A stretch of DNA of 55,757 bases, from NCBI RefSeq assembly GCF_001194135.2, contig NC_068982.1:168274155-168329911 (forward strand), given 5' to 3'. Both the position numbers and the translations under genes were made by a program. The number at the start of each line of letters is the position of its first letter. Within the stretch, counting starts at the first letter, position 1. The notes beneath the pieces are model-generated. The model saw nothing but the letters and a program-made list of their open reading frames with translations. It did not search any database and was not told the origin of the DNA. This stretch comes from Octopus bimaculoides. Its lineage: Eukaryota. This document shows, piece by piece, positions 12,496 to 25,099 of the stretch.

Positions 12496-14720
12496 GTAAG
12501 ATGAGAATATCGGTGAAAGGCGAAAATAGAAATTTTTCATTTGTTATCAGGACGTTATTTGCAAATTGCTTGTCTGCAAAGTCGACATAATCAACAAAAA
12601 AAACTACAATCAGAATTTTTAAAACATCAAAAGATAGCAACAATAAAATATAGTCATATAACATCAGCTATTGTTATTGACATTATCGAACGGCTCGTGA
12701 GCCATCGTGGTCAATTTTCCAATGAATGAAGAAAGTAAATAGTCAAGCATTGCTATTAGTTCATCACATGTTTTTGAGAATTTGGAGGTTTGGATTGTTA
12801 AATAATTTGTACAGAAATTTGAATCACATGATAGTATGCTGCCAGATTTGGAGCACATGGATATTGTGTCTGCATACACGGTCAAGATTACCTTAGGAGT
12901 AAAATAACTTTGGATTTCAAGGAGAGAATCTGTAAGGTATATATCTCCGGAGATAGTTCGATTGAAGCATTCCAGCTATGCCCTAGTTTGATATAACTCA
13001 TGAAACTGGCTGAAACGTAAAGTGGCGAATTGTTACATTGTGGCTAATTATTGCAGCGTGGTGATATGTTGCAGAGGTGATGATATATTCCAAGTGACTC
13101 ATAGATCTCTGCTCTGGGAAATATCTTAGAGAGGAAAGTGTTAAATTTTAGTAATTCACCTACGCACTGGTTCATGCTTTTCACAAGAAATGATTTATAT
13201 TTCGTGTGTTCGGTCGTTCAAAGTCGTGGTTACTATCCTGATGAGTAACAACAAATGTAAAACTCATGTCGACCTATTCCTCGCTTTCTGTTACTGAAAA
13301 TGCAACGATATAAGCATAAGCTTATATATTCATATATACGGTCACAGGGATTATAAATTCATGCTTCAAAACATCTTGTGTGTGTGTTTCTCGAATATAC
13401 TTGTACATAACTAAAGATGTATTCATTCTTTAATAATAATCTTCGAAACTACAAACTTGCACCTTGTTAAATTACATAGTAGTAGATTTTTACCTTTTCC
13501 ATTAGTAAATTTATTAGTGGTAATTTTGTCACTTGAAGAGCGTAGTAAATGAACATATTGAGCATTCATAAATACAAAATACATATCGACCAATTCCACA
13601 CTGGCGACTACCAAAGATTTTGTGATTTGACCATAGAGTATATTTTCACAGCGACACGAGATGTCTTTACGAAACATATTGTACATGATATCTTTGCACA
13701 CACACGTACACGTATTCATAGACANNNNNNNNNNTGTATGTATGTATGTATGTATGTATGTATGTATGTATGTAGGTATGTATGTATATATTATATTTGT
13801 GTGTATGTATGTACGATTGTATATGTCTGTGAACAAATACAGTGATCGTCTACATGTGTTTGTATATGCTTGTATTTTATTTACGATTATATTTATTATT
13901 TTCGCTGCATTAGCTTTTAATAGATGCAACCCTAAGGATTAGATATTTCCGATATGACAAGAGAAGCCGAAAAAATACGTTGAAAAGAACATGAAACAAA
14001 CTGATAAAACTGAGATCCAAAAATAACCTACTATACAGTCATACAGAACACGAAGCACCACCATCAACAAGTCTAGCAACAATATAAGCAGTAGGAGAAG
14101 TTACAGCAGTAGTAATATAAAGCAGTAATTACATACGAAATGGAATCGTTATTAGTTTTTTAGAAGCAGAATTGACATCACATAACTGAAAAAATACATA
14201 GAAAAGAATATAAGGATAAAAAAAAAGCCTACAATTAACTTCGAAGATGATAACGATTGAAAATGAATGCTGTTGTAGTTGTTGTTCTTTTTCTTGGAGG
14301 AGTGGGGTTTGATAGAGAAGCACGATATATTTTGAAACAAATATATAAAAGAAGACGTTAAAAAAATGACACAGAATAAACATGTAATTATGAAAGCTTT
14401 TCTAAACAAATCCTCCTCTGATTCCAAACAAAGAGAACACTTTCGAATTTCGTGAATACATCCACAGACACGTATATATATATATATATNNNNNNNNNNN
14501 NNNNNNNNNNNNNNNNNNNNNNNNNNNNNNNNNNNNNNNNNNNNNNNNNNNNNNNNNNNNNNNNNNNNNNNNNNNNNNNNNNNNNNNNNNNNNNNNNNNN
14601 NNNNNNNNNNNNNNNNNNNNNNNNNNNNNNNNNNNNNNNNNNNNNNNNNNNNNNNNNNNNNNNNNNNNNNNNNNNNNNNNNNNNNNNNNNNNNNNNNNNN
14701 NNNNNNNNNNNNNNNNNNNN

Positions 14721-14775
<55 letters not shown>

Positions 14776-15319
14776 TAGAGAGAGAGAGATTTGTGAGGAT
14801 GTGTGGGTGAGTTACTTGTTGTGCGGTTTGTATAGACAGATGTATACATTATGTATGGAAGTATTATATGCATATGTATGCAGACATATACGTAGACGGC
14901 GGCTGCCTTTTAAATGTCTGAAATCTTCAAGTGCTTCTTGTTAGTTTCCCTTTTTCTGCTAAGGATCGGTAAGACAGGTTCTCACCGGCTTGTGGTTATT
15001 GAAAAACTGTAATCTGGTCATATCTAATAAGTTAAGCACCAGGAAGCTTTCCCTATTTTGAGCGATAGCCATTCAAAAAGCTTCAGATTGATCGTTAAGA
15101 ACCTTCCAGAAATAGCCAAGTCTTCTTTAAAGCAAATAAAGAGACTTAACAAAAGGAAGGTGCATTTAACAGTAAAATGCTATCCAGGTAAATCTAAAAA
15201 CAAAATGCTGAAACCAATTCGAACGCAAGTTGGATTTGGTACAAAAAATAACATTCTTGATATATATTACGTTTTGATAAGAGAGATACAGAAATTTGGC
15301 AAGTGAGGAACATTCGGTA

Positions 15320-15460
15320 ATATCAACCCCCGGTATTTGACAGATTACTTCAAAGATACCTTATCAATCCTCAAAAGGTAATGATGACCGCAGCGGGATT
15401 TGAACTTAAAGAATTGGTATATGTACCACAAGGTATTTTGTCCGATACTCCAAATGAACA
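15320..15460 (-). mobile_element. Family-A SINE, decayed
   Basis: Reverse-complement B-box region GCGGGATTTGAACTTAAAG and a TTATCAATCCTCAAAAGG core. Confidence 0.6.
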
Positions 15461-15499
15461 GCTGCTTTCATTTGATTATCATTCCGTGCGTGAAGACAC

Positions 15500-15760
15500 A
15501 TAGCCTAGTGGCTAGGGTGTTGCACACACGATCGCAAAATGTTTCTTTCAACTTCTGGACCGTGTGGCATGTTGGGTTATTGAGCAAAGCTCTTCATCGC
15601 ACTTTGCTCCGCGATTACTTCGGCCCTGACTTGTGTTATACCATGCATTACTTCAAGGAAAATCGATTTGTTAGCGGGAATGAAATAATGTACATTACAA
15701 ACATTTGATCACAATAAACAAATTATTTGTCTGAGTTTATCAGCAAGAAACGGCAGAACG
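15500..15760 (+). mobile_element. Family-C-like SINE, decayed
   Basis: GCCTAGTGGCTAGGGTGTTGCACACACGATCGC...CTGGACCG...TTGAGCAAAGCTCTTCATCGCACTTTGCTCC. Confidence 0.6.
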
Positions 15761-16789
15761 GTTTTTGCCGGACTACAAAAGACTACCATATATAAATCAT
15801 TTTGTGCGTATGTTCGTATATCTAATATTTTCTATTATTTCACACGTTAATTCTACTCTTATTACCCAATACAGTAGTGAAAGACTTTTGAAAAGAGTCT
15901 CCCCTATGTTTATTCTTATTGTTTACAATTTGTGCACAAAGAGTTGTATGTTATGTAATTTTGTGACCAAAATATGAGTACACTGAATGCTTGTGTACAT
16001 GTAAACTAGAAATCTTGTGAAGGGAATTTCAGTACAGGATGTCTCTCATAGCTAATAAAACTGAACTGAAAATCTTTTAATGGGGGCTAGATGAAACCCC
16101 CACTGACATTTAAAGGAAGCATATCGAAATTTAATTTAGAAATTTCTATAAAATAAACTTATTGAAACTATTCTAGGTTTATAGATGTTTAGGAACGTTT
16201 TAAAAAAGAAAAATCATATTAAATTTTTATATATTTGTATTAAAACAAAATTCAAAATGCTTTCAAAAATTCAATGTTTTTCTTTATTTAAAATTCCTTA
16301 TAATATTTTGTTTAATTTTTAATGAAACAAATGCTCAAAAGCGGGAATTTTGTAGGAGGGGGTTCTGATATGAGGCTTTTGCCGCTCTCTGCCTTTTAAT
16401 TTTATACAGCATTCTGATTCTACAAAGTAACGTGTTTAGTTGAGTTTTATTCTATACTTTAAACTACTTTGTTCAGTTTGTTGTGCCATTAAATAAAACT
16501 TCAATGGTTATTTCTTATTTTATGTGATGCAATGTGGAAATAAATCATTAACAATAAAACTCATCAATTCATAGGCTATTATTATTAATAATAATGTTGG
16601 AAATGGTTACAGCAAAACTCATTTAATTACAAAGCAGTTTGAAAAACCTACCCACATGCTTAATGTGAATCTCTTCATCAATAGTATATAGCTTATGTTG
16701 CTTTACAAAATTTTGGCATAAAACTCCACAGAATAACATACATATTTCAGTCATTTAATCTACTTTCTCCTTTCGTGGGCATTTATCCA

Positions 16790-18250
16790 ACGCTCTCACG
16801 ACTAATAACACATCCATCCAATTCATAGATTCTGATTAGCATATCGAAATGGCATTCAGCGACTTGTTTTCTGAGTTGATTCATTTGTCTAAATTTTCGC
16901 TACGTGTCCGCACGTAAAAAAGTTCCCCCACGGGCCATTTTATTTACTAAAACGCCAAAGTTTGAAATCCTTTTGAAGTTCATAATTTCTTTATGACCCT
17001 GAAAATTTTAAACCATTTAACTAGCTAGTTATTGCAGTATTTTCAGCTAATGAATGGAAATTTTTATACATATGAAATTCACCAGAAAGTATGAAGTCAC
17101 AATCTGCAATTGAGGATAAATCAAATGTTGACCAGTCTTGTGACATCTCTTCTGAAAGCTTTTCGACATAGCTACAAATAGCTATTCTATAATATTGAAT
17201 AATACAATTAATGCTTTAAAGAGATCAATTAGATCTTTAAATCTACTTTGTATATAATGTCATAAATTTCCTGCGACAGTATCTAACTACATGAGCATGA
17301 CATGTCTTCAAAATATGTGATGCATGCCTCATATCTTTTTAATGCAATACCTTGCAATGCAAGGTATGATTTCATTAAGTGGGCAAAAGCCAGAAGCTAT
17401 ATCGTAGTACTAAACAATTTCTTTAAATTTGTGTCTTTTGACTAACATCGACAAAAATTAGTACAGATTGTTTTCATAGCAGTCTCAAAATTTTTGTTAA
17501 TTTTTAGTTATATTTCTTTCCGTTCATCAAAAATCCCTAGACTTTGGTAATGTATTGCTCAACTAAATGTAGAATATCTTGATTGAGTCTTGCTATGGTA
17601 CCATAAACTCTACCCATTATTACTGTTGCACCATCTGACGTAAATATCACAATTTTATGGTGTAGATGAGCCTGAGTTTTCACTTTACAAAACTGATGAT
17701 CGCTAAAACAATCGAAAAATCATGTACACTCGTTACTGAACTATACCAATAAAAATACCTTTCATACTCAGAACAGAATAAGACACGTGTTGGCTGAGAT
17801 GCCCACGCTTTCATCAACTGTTTACTTTTGAAAATTTGCTTCAAACAATATAGTTTCTTGAAGTTCAAATATAATTTCTGTTCATCTGCTGCAGCTAATG
17901 AAACATTTTCTTACATGAGCCTTTGTGCATTCTCGTTAATCGGTTTTTATGTCAAATAACACGTAAAAACATCAAAGTTTAGAATATCATTTCACTTCTT
18001 TCCACTTGCATCGTCCACATTAATTCACTGCAAACATATAAGTCCCGGTTCTGAATCATACATAAATATTTCTCGAAACGCAAGATTTTATAACTTCAGG
18101 AGCTTTTGGTGAAACCGTTTCCATGTTTAAAAACATTTTCGATTATTGTAAACTTCGAATTCCTCAGAGCAAATCGATAGTTTTCAAACAATTTCTTTTT
18201 TATGGAAAACGAAAAAGAAAAAGGATTCAGAGGATATCATCCAAATTTGA
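16790..18250 (-). mobile_element. hAT-superfamily transposase relic (ZNF862-like type)
   Basis: Minus strand fragments TVDESVGIS (first D), IVIFTSDGATVIMGR..GTIARLNQDILHLVEQ (second D region), FCPLNEI (RPLNEVRW-like) and GTFLRADT*RKFRQMN..K...HFDMLIRI (hATC dimerisation region). Many stops; TIRs not identified. Confidence 0.8.
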
Positions 18251-18998
18251 AATAGATCTTCATAAATGACACTGTACGAGCACTGGCCTTTAAATGTTTG
18301 TGCAGTCTTGCTGTTGATGCACAAACTGAAGCGAGAGGGATGGGAGAATATAAATCGTTGATGTTCAAGTGAGGTGTTATTTGATTAAAAACAAACCCCA
18401 AGTAACTGGTTAATAGAAACATTTAGCTAAAAGATTATTTTAAAATACCAAACACTATAAATTAACACGATATTTAAAAATATCTAACTTGTCTGCACAC
18501 AGAAGGTTAGTTTTATTTCTTCTGTACGTCTCTTATAAAATATGTGCTGGAAGCATTTATGCGGATAGTTAGGAGAAACTGCAGTGCCATCATGTATACA
18601 AGTAAAGTATCATTTCAGTTACAGCAATATATCGAGGGTAGTAAAGTGACTGAAGGTATCTATTAAACCACAGTTAAAAATCATCTCTGATGCTACTGGT
18701 GATGAATCAAAACGTGACATGTAAAAAGCTATACAGCCTGCCTCAAACGTGTCACAAAAATGATAGAATTAACAAAAACTAAGTACATAGATATTTTACT
18801 ATATTTTGTACATGAAATTCACATTAAAACTTCATTGCAATTTAATCTGTATTCAAGGTTATACAATACAATTTCAAAGAGAAAAATCGATAATCAATAT
18901 AATGTATGCATATCAGTCGCATGCATTCAAGATGCAGGCATACTGCGCTACACAACATGGTCTGCAGAACGTGTGAATATACAAGACATGTATATATG

Positions 18999-19047
<49 letters not shown>

Positions 19048-19104
19048 GCGCTCGCGTGTGCGTGTGCGCTCGCGTGTGCGTGTGTGTATATATATACATG
19101 TATG

Positions 19105-19139
<35 letters not shown>

Positions 19140-19977
19140 CAGCATGTTACAGAATTGCTTCCTGAAGAAGGTCACTCAGTGAAATCCGAAAGGTTCCATG
19201 GCAGAAGACACCTTTCGGCTCTGTAACTGTCCATACGTACCCTGCATCGTTATAACAACTCTTGGTAATTGTTGCAACCGAGCGAGAATGGGAGAGCAAG
19301 TATGGCTGCTCAAATCATTCCCTCTATGATAATAAACTCCTGCTACTTTGGAAGCAATTTATCAAGAGGTTTCAAACGGGCGCTGCGGTAAACATTTACA
19401 AAAACTATGGAGGTCAGGATCCTAAGACTTTGTGTGTGTGTTTGTATACCTGAAACATTTGCTATATAAATAAATCTACACCTATTTGTTTTCCAAGCAT
19501 TAGATTTTACATGCTATTGCCCTTTTAAGCAATTGGAACAAAAATTGTGTATCCTCTTACAAATCTGCTTCTGAGCAATTATTGCCCATCAGTGAAGTTC
19601 AGCCTTATGTTTCGACTACAAAACACGTAGTAATTTTAATCGCTTTACATCACACATGGCTCATCACCATATAAAATCAATTGACTTATATTTGCAGGTA
19701 ATACGTTAGTCGCCCACGTAATTAAGTAGGATATTTATACAGACCACATGAAAATGTGTAATAAAGATAAATCTACATTTATTTGTTTGAAGACCAATTT
19801 TCAAGACAAACTTTGGCTGCTGATCAAAGACCATATGCAATATGTTTCAATTTCCATACTCATTATTTGATTTTAGCGCATTTATAATGAATATTTTAAT
19901 GAATATTTTTGTGAATAATGCTTATTATTGATTTCGATAGATTTACATTAGAGTGTTTTATATTTTATAGATTAATA

Positions 19978-20165
19978 TGGCAGTGAGCTTACAGAATCAT
20001 AAGCACGCTGGACAAAATGCTTAGCGACATCTCTTCCGGCTTTACTTTCTGAGTTCAAATTCCGCCGAGGTCGATCTTGCCTTCTATCCCTTTCAGGATA
20101 AAACAAATAAGTGCCAGATCTTCCCCTTTCCCAACAAATATCAGACCATTTGCTTATAGTAAAAA
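19978..20165 (+). mobile_element. Family-A SINE
   Basis: GGCAGTGAGCTTACAGAATCATAAGCAC...CTGAGTTCAAATTCCGCCGAGGTCGA. Confidence 0.85.
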
Positions 20166-20474
20166 GAACATTTTGTGGATTTATAAGCAGCGGAAAAGTA
20201 GCGCCAGTATTATTCTGGAACTAGTGAGGACAACATGACTCCAAAAGTTCATATCGAATGCTTGTAAAAACTTAGAATCTGTTAAAGCCTAAGGGATAAG
20301 ATGTAGTGTTAAAACAGGTGAGACATCTAGTCTGCAGTCCAAAAGTATGCATTTTTGGTCCAATGAATTTGTTGCCACGAATGTAGCTTAAATAGTGAAA
20401 AAGAAGGATGTGAGAGATTAGACATCAAATGTAGGTCCAAGCCTCATTTGACATTGACTAATCTTTTTCCTTAA

Positions 20475-20889
20475 GACGCAGGCTTGGCTGTGTGGTAAGT
20501 GGCTTATTTCCCAACCACACGGTTCCGGTTTCAGTCCCACTGTGTGAAACCTAGATAAATGTCTTCTACTACAGTGAGTGGATTTTGTAGACGGAAACTA
20601 AAAGCCCGTCGTATAGACACACACACACATGTACGTATGTGTGTGTAAGCGTGTGTGTGTGCATGTTTTTGTGTTTGTATTTGGACCCCTACAACCGCTT
20701 CAAAATCAGTGGAGTTGTTTACGTTCACGTACATTAGCGGTTCGACGAAAAGAGAACCGATAGCATAAGTACCACGCTTAAAAAATAAGTACTAGGGTCG
20801 ATTCCTTTAACTAAAAACTCTCCAAGGTGGTGTCCCAGCATGGCCGCAGTCTAATGACTGACTCAAGTAAAAGATAAAAGATAAAAGAC
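20475..20889 (+). mobile_element. Family-B bipartite SINE (tRNA head + CORE-like segment + internal microsatellite + 3' module)
   Basis: A-box TGGCTGTGTGGTAAG, B-box GGTTTCAGTCCC, GTGAGTGGATTTTGTAGACGGAAACT, internal CA/TG tract, and 3' GATAG.ATAAGTAC...GGGTCGATT...CCAGCATGGCCGCAGTC. Confidence 0.9.
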
Positions 20890-21129
20890 ATCCTTCGTGT
20901 CTAATGCCTATATTTAGATTCAACGTGTAAGAAGCCATCTTAGTTTTTTCTTACATGGTATTAAAACATTAAAATATAAACAAGAGACAAAAACATAATT
21001 ACATTTTCAGAAATTTAAACTAAATCAAACCTGAGCATTTATAACGATACATCTACGGCGTGTACAATGAAAGTAGTCATTTTATCATGAGGTTGCGTTT
21101 CCTGGATTAGTGTCCAAAATGTCAAGAAT

Positions 21130-21600
21130 ATAAAACATGCTACATCACATGCATACTTCTAACTGCTACTCGAAAAGCATTGATCTTCCGGTGGTCTTTC
21201 TTCCGGTACAAGAATTACAAAGTTAACAATCTATGAAAGGCTTTGGTGCCAACATCATAACACGCCTATATCAGTCAGGTAGATCAAGAGACAAATCCTT
21301 AATACATCAACAACTGCAAGTATTGTACAATTCATCGCCGTGCCTCACACGATTCCTTAAATCCTTCATACTTTCGGAAGCTCGTTTTATCTATCCACTC
21401 CATAATGCTACCGTAAGGAGCTGTCAATTTTAAATTCAGGATCCTGTAAAATGGTCGAAGCATTGCTTCGTTATAGATTTGAAACGAGCTTAGTTTTTAT
21501 AGATTCTCCAATAATAAGGTTCATTAAAATTCAAAACTTAGCACGCTTCATAACGTCACAGCATCAACATCTTCACTCAGCCCTCTTCCATACGCATTAA
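21130..21600 (-). mobile_element. Probable CACTA/CMC (EnSpm-like) transposase relic
   Basis: One minus frame with stops reads ARFKSITKQC...QLLTVALWSG*IK...TCSC*CIKDLSLDLPD*YRRVMM...DC*LCNSCTG, resembling CMC motifs (FKSS, LL..LWFG..KP, DLPAR..V..M...GC..C). Confidence 0.45.
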
Positions 21601-21615
21601 TTTTATAAGCTCACT

Positions 21616-21693
21616 TTCTTCATAACAGGCCCTTCTTCATAACAGGCCCTTCTTCATAACAGGCCCTTCTTCATAACAGGCCCTTCTTCATAA
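21616..21693. repeat. Minisatellite, 17-bp unit TTCTTCATAACAGGCCC x4.6, perfect
   Basis: Four identical units plus a 10-nt partial unit, read directly. Confidence 0.97.
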
Positions 21694-22509
21694 ACTGACA
21701 GATTTCTCTGGTCGTGATATGTCGCTGCCCTTATTATTCTAGCGAGATTTCCATTTGCTCTTCACCCACTTCATCAAGACCGTATGATCTTCATTTTATC
21801 TTAACGTACATCTTCACTTTGAAATATTCATTGATTTTATTTCATCATTATTATTTGTTCCTTCCTTCTTAATTATATTACATATTATTAAGGTCTACGA
21901 TACGAATATATATGAGATGTCTTTTTAAAAAGGGTTAACAGACACAACTCAATAATTGCAATGATTTTCTTTATTATCAAGTACGTATTGTCTGAGTTTA
22001 GTTTTCTGAACATGTCATAAGTGTTTTTCGAGTTCCAGTTTAGATTGAATTTTAAATAGTTCAGTCCTTGGAAATAATAAATTTATATTGAAGTTGTAGT
22101 ACTTAATGATATTATCTTTCTGCTTTTTGGATGACTTTGTTGCTTTCTTCCTGTTTCCCACTCACTATATATATATATGTACATTAAGTCAGCACATTTT
22201 ACGTACACAGCATGATCAAACTTGATTCAGTTCAATAAAATTCAATTGATTACCATTATATACAACAAATATAATAGTTACCAAATGACAATAAAGGTTT
22301 CATTTTCATTTAGAACAAAATATTGTGCATATAAAGACGAGGGAAAATAGGATGTTTCCAAGGGTTGTCTCTGCGCAAGCTAAGTGAATTCGCTACAACA
22401 ACACATACATGCACTTCAGCCCGAGCCATACAAGGAATGTAAACTATTCAACGTAATGTAAACGATAAACTAGCATATTGATATCCAACATAAGCTCAAG
22501 CCCACACAT

Positions 22510-22660
22510 TCGGGGAGTGTATAATCAATTATATCGACCACAAAACTTGACTGGTACATATTTTATCGACCTCGATGTGATGAAAAGCAAATCAACATCA
22601 ACAAGATTTGAAGTCAGAAGGTTTGAAATATGACAAGATATTTTGTTCGTCACCCTAGTG
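22510..22660 (-). mobile_element. Family-A SINE, decayed
   Basis: ACTTGACTGGTACATATTTTATCGACCTCG...GATTTGAAGTCAGAAG is the reverse complement of the family core. Confidence 0.7.
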
Positions 22661-23090
22661 TTTCTTCTATTCATCGATGTTTTGTTTTTGACCTTTTTTT
22701 CACTAACATACTGCTTTCTCATATAGGTGCAAGGAAGGCATATTCTGGGAGTATATATTTAACTTCTGCAAGATCGTTACTCGACAAAGATTATTTTATG
22801 GATTACAAAGAGTTACAAAGGGATAAAATGTAAAAGCTAACCTTGACAGAAGTTGAACTTCGAATGTAGAAGGAAGCATCTAAATTCTGCAAGTATTCCA
22901 TCCATACCGTACCATTCTATCGAATCACTTGTATATATATGTATATGTGTGTGTGTGCGCGTGCACTGATGTATGTGCATGTATATATGTATAAAGTTAT
23001 AAACGTATTTGTGCATAAGCAATAACATACATATAAATATAGATACGGGTATTTCTATAAATATGCATATATGTGTGCGTGTGTGTGTAG

Positions 23091-23126
<36 letters not shown>

Positions 23127-24046
23127 NNNNNNNNNNNNNNNNNNNNNNNNNNNNNNNNNNNNNNNNNNNNNNNNNNNNNNNNNNNNNNNNNNNNNNNNNN
23201 NNNNNNNNNNNNNNNNNNNNNNNNNNNNNNNNNNNNNNNNNNNNNNNNNNNNNNNNNNNNNNNNNNNNNNNNNNNNNNNNNNNNNNNNNNNNNNNNNNNN
23301 NNNNNNNNNNNNNNNNNNNNNNNNNNNNNNNNNNNNNNNNNNNNNNNNNNNNNNNNNNNNNNNNNNNNNNNNNNNNNNNNNNNNNNNNNNNNNNNNNNNN
23401 NNNNNNNNNNNNNNNNNNNNNNNNNNNNNNNNNNNNNNNNNNNNNNNNNNNNNNNNNNNNNNNNNNNNNNNNNNNNNNNNNNNNNNNNNNNNNNNNNNNN
23501 NNATATATATATATATAAATCTTCGTTTCTCATATTTTACCGCATCTTAAATTTATGTTCGACCAATCAACAAGACACAAGATTTACGAATATCATTTCT
23601 TTCTCTCTCTTTGTAATTCTACTCGTGCCTACCTCCGTACTCTGCTGATTTCTTCTTCACTCACTTAGTTTCTCTACCACCCTCTACCTTCTTTTCATTT
23701 CCCTTTTCCTCTTCTTCTGTCTGTCTGTCTGTCTGTCTATATCTCTCTTTTTGATTGAGTGTGATTTTTTGTATCAATATATTCTTTTTTAGACTCACTA
23801 CGGCTTTTCAAACTATTTTTTGCCTGATGTTTTTCAAATTTTGTTTCACTGAAGGTATTTCTTTAGACTGAGAAAGGAAAATCGCTCTCTCATTTTCATT
23901 TGTTTATCATGCACTCCCCCCCCCCCACACACACATACACATACACACACATACATACACACTTACGCATGCACACACACAAAAAGCAGAAACACATCCA
24001 TACATATATACATACACACATATATATATAAATATGTATGTATATA

Positions 24047-24083
<37 letters not shown>

Positions 24084-24259
24084 TTACATATATATATATA
24101 TATGAGTATATAGGGATAAATTATGCAGGGGAGTTACGTAAGAGCACCCGGGCTTAGTACATGCAGTAGAAACACGTGTCAGTCATTTCAACTAATTATG
24201 CTTTATAATTTACTGTCAAATTAAAACAAAATATTGAAGATGTACCAGTTCCGTATTCG

Positions 24260-24306
<47 letters not shown>

Positions 24307-24691
24307 TATGTATTCAAATTATATGTTAGAAGCAGCTAAGTAATGTAAATTGTATCAATATTACATATTTGACATTTGTGTATTATCAAACGCCGGGAGC
24401 AGCACTTTTTCGTTTGGGAAAGATTCTTTTGAAGACTTGTATTGTTAAAAAAAAACACAGCATGATTTAGAGCAAGACAAAATAAAATCGCACCGAATGC
24501 GGACAAGATCGGCAGATACCAGTAATTCGCAGTATCTTGCTGCTTTAAAGTGTTGTGTACTCAACTTGCTTCCAAAACGAAACCCAAATGGTTATCCTGA
24601 AATATATATAGGAGAAATACATATATACACATACATGCACACATACGTACATTCATACATACTTACATACATACATAGATACATACATACA

Positions 24692-24995
24692 ATGGGAACG
24701 AGAATGGGCCCCAACTATGCGGCGGTTATATTGACGACTGTATCGGTGCGACCTCACTCTCCCGAGACATCTAGACTCCTTCCTCTCTTTTGTCAAATTA
24801 TTCCATCCTGCTGTCCATATCTCCTGCACTATCTCTGACACTTCAGTCTCCCCTCTTGAAGTTTCGGTCAGCATTCATCACTCCACTCTCACCACCTCCA
24901 TCCCCTACAAACACACAGCCTCACACTCATACCTCAACTTCACCTCCTCCCACCCTAAACACACCAAGCTCTCCATTCCCTATTCCCAATTCACA
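24692..24995 (+). mobile_element. Penelope-like element RT relic with internal deletion
   Basis: MGTRMGPNYA followed directly by RYIDDCIGATSLSR...FHPAV...ISDTSV...HSYLNFTSSHPKHTKLSIPYSQF. These are PLE RT motifs, including YIDD and SSHP..TK.SIPYSQ. Confidence 0.85.
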
Positions 24996-25099
24996 TTTAT
25001 TCACATCGAAAATATTTTATTTAAAAGGTTTCTATACCATATATAATAATGACCAACATATGTTTCAATTGCAACAACTACACATTGCTCCGTATGAAA

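Noticed and set aside
13231-13275. CTGATGA...AAAAC...GTC hammerhead-like string
   Set aside because: No convincing stem II, GAAA missing and stem I poor.
13590-13680. VAVKIY kinase-like motif on the minus strand
   Set aside because: Stop codon a few residues later and no other kinase subdomains.
15058-15306. 82-aa ORF with an internal CAG|GTAAAT donor
   Set aside because: Poor acceptor and no homology; expected by chance.
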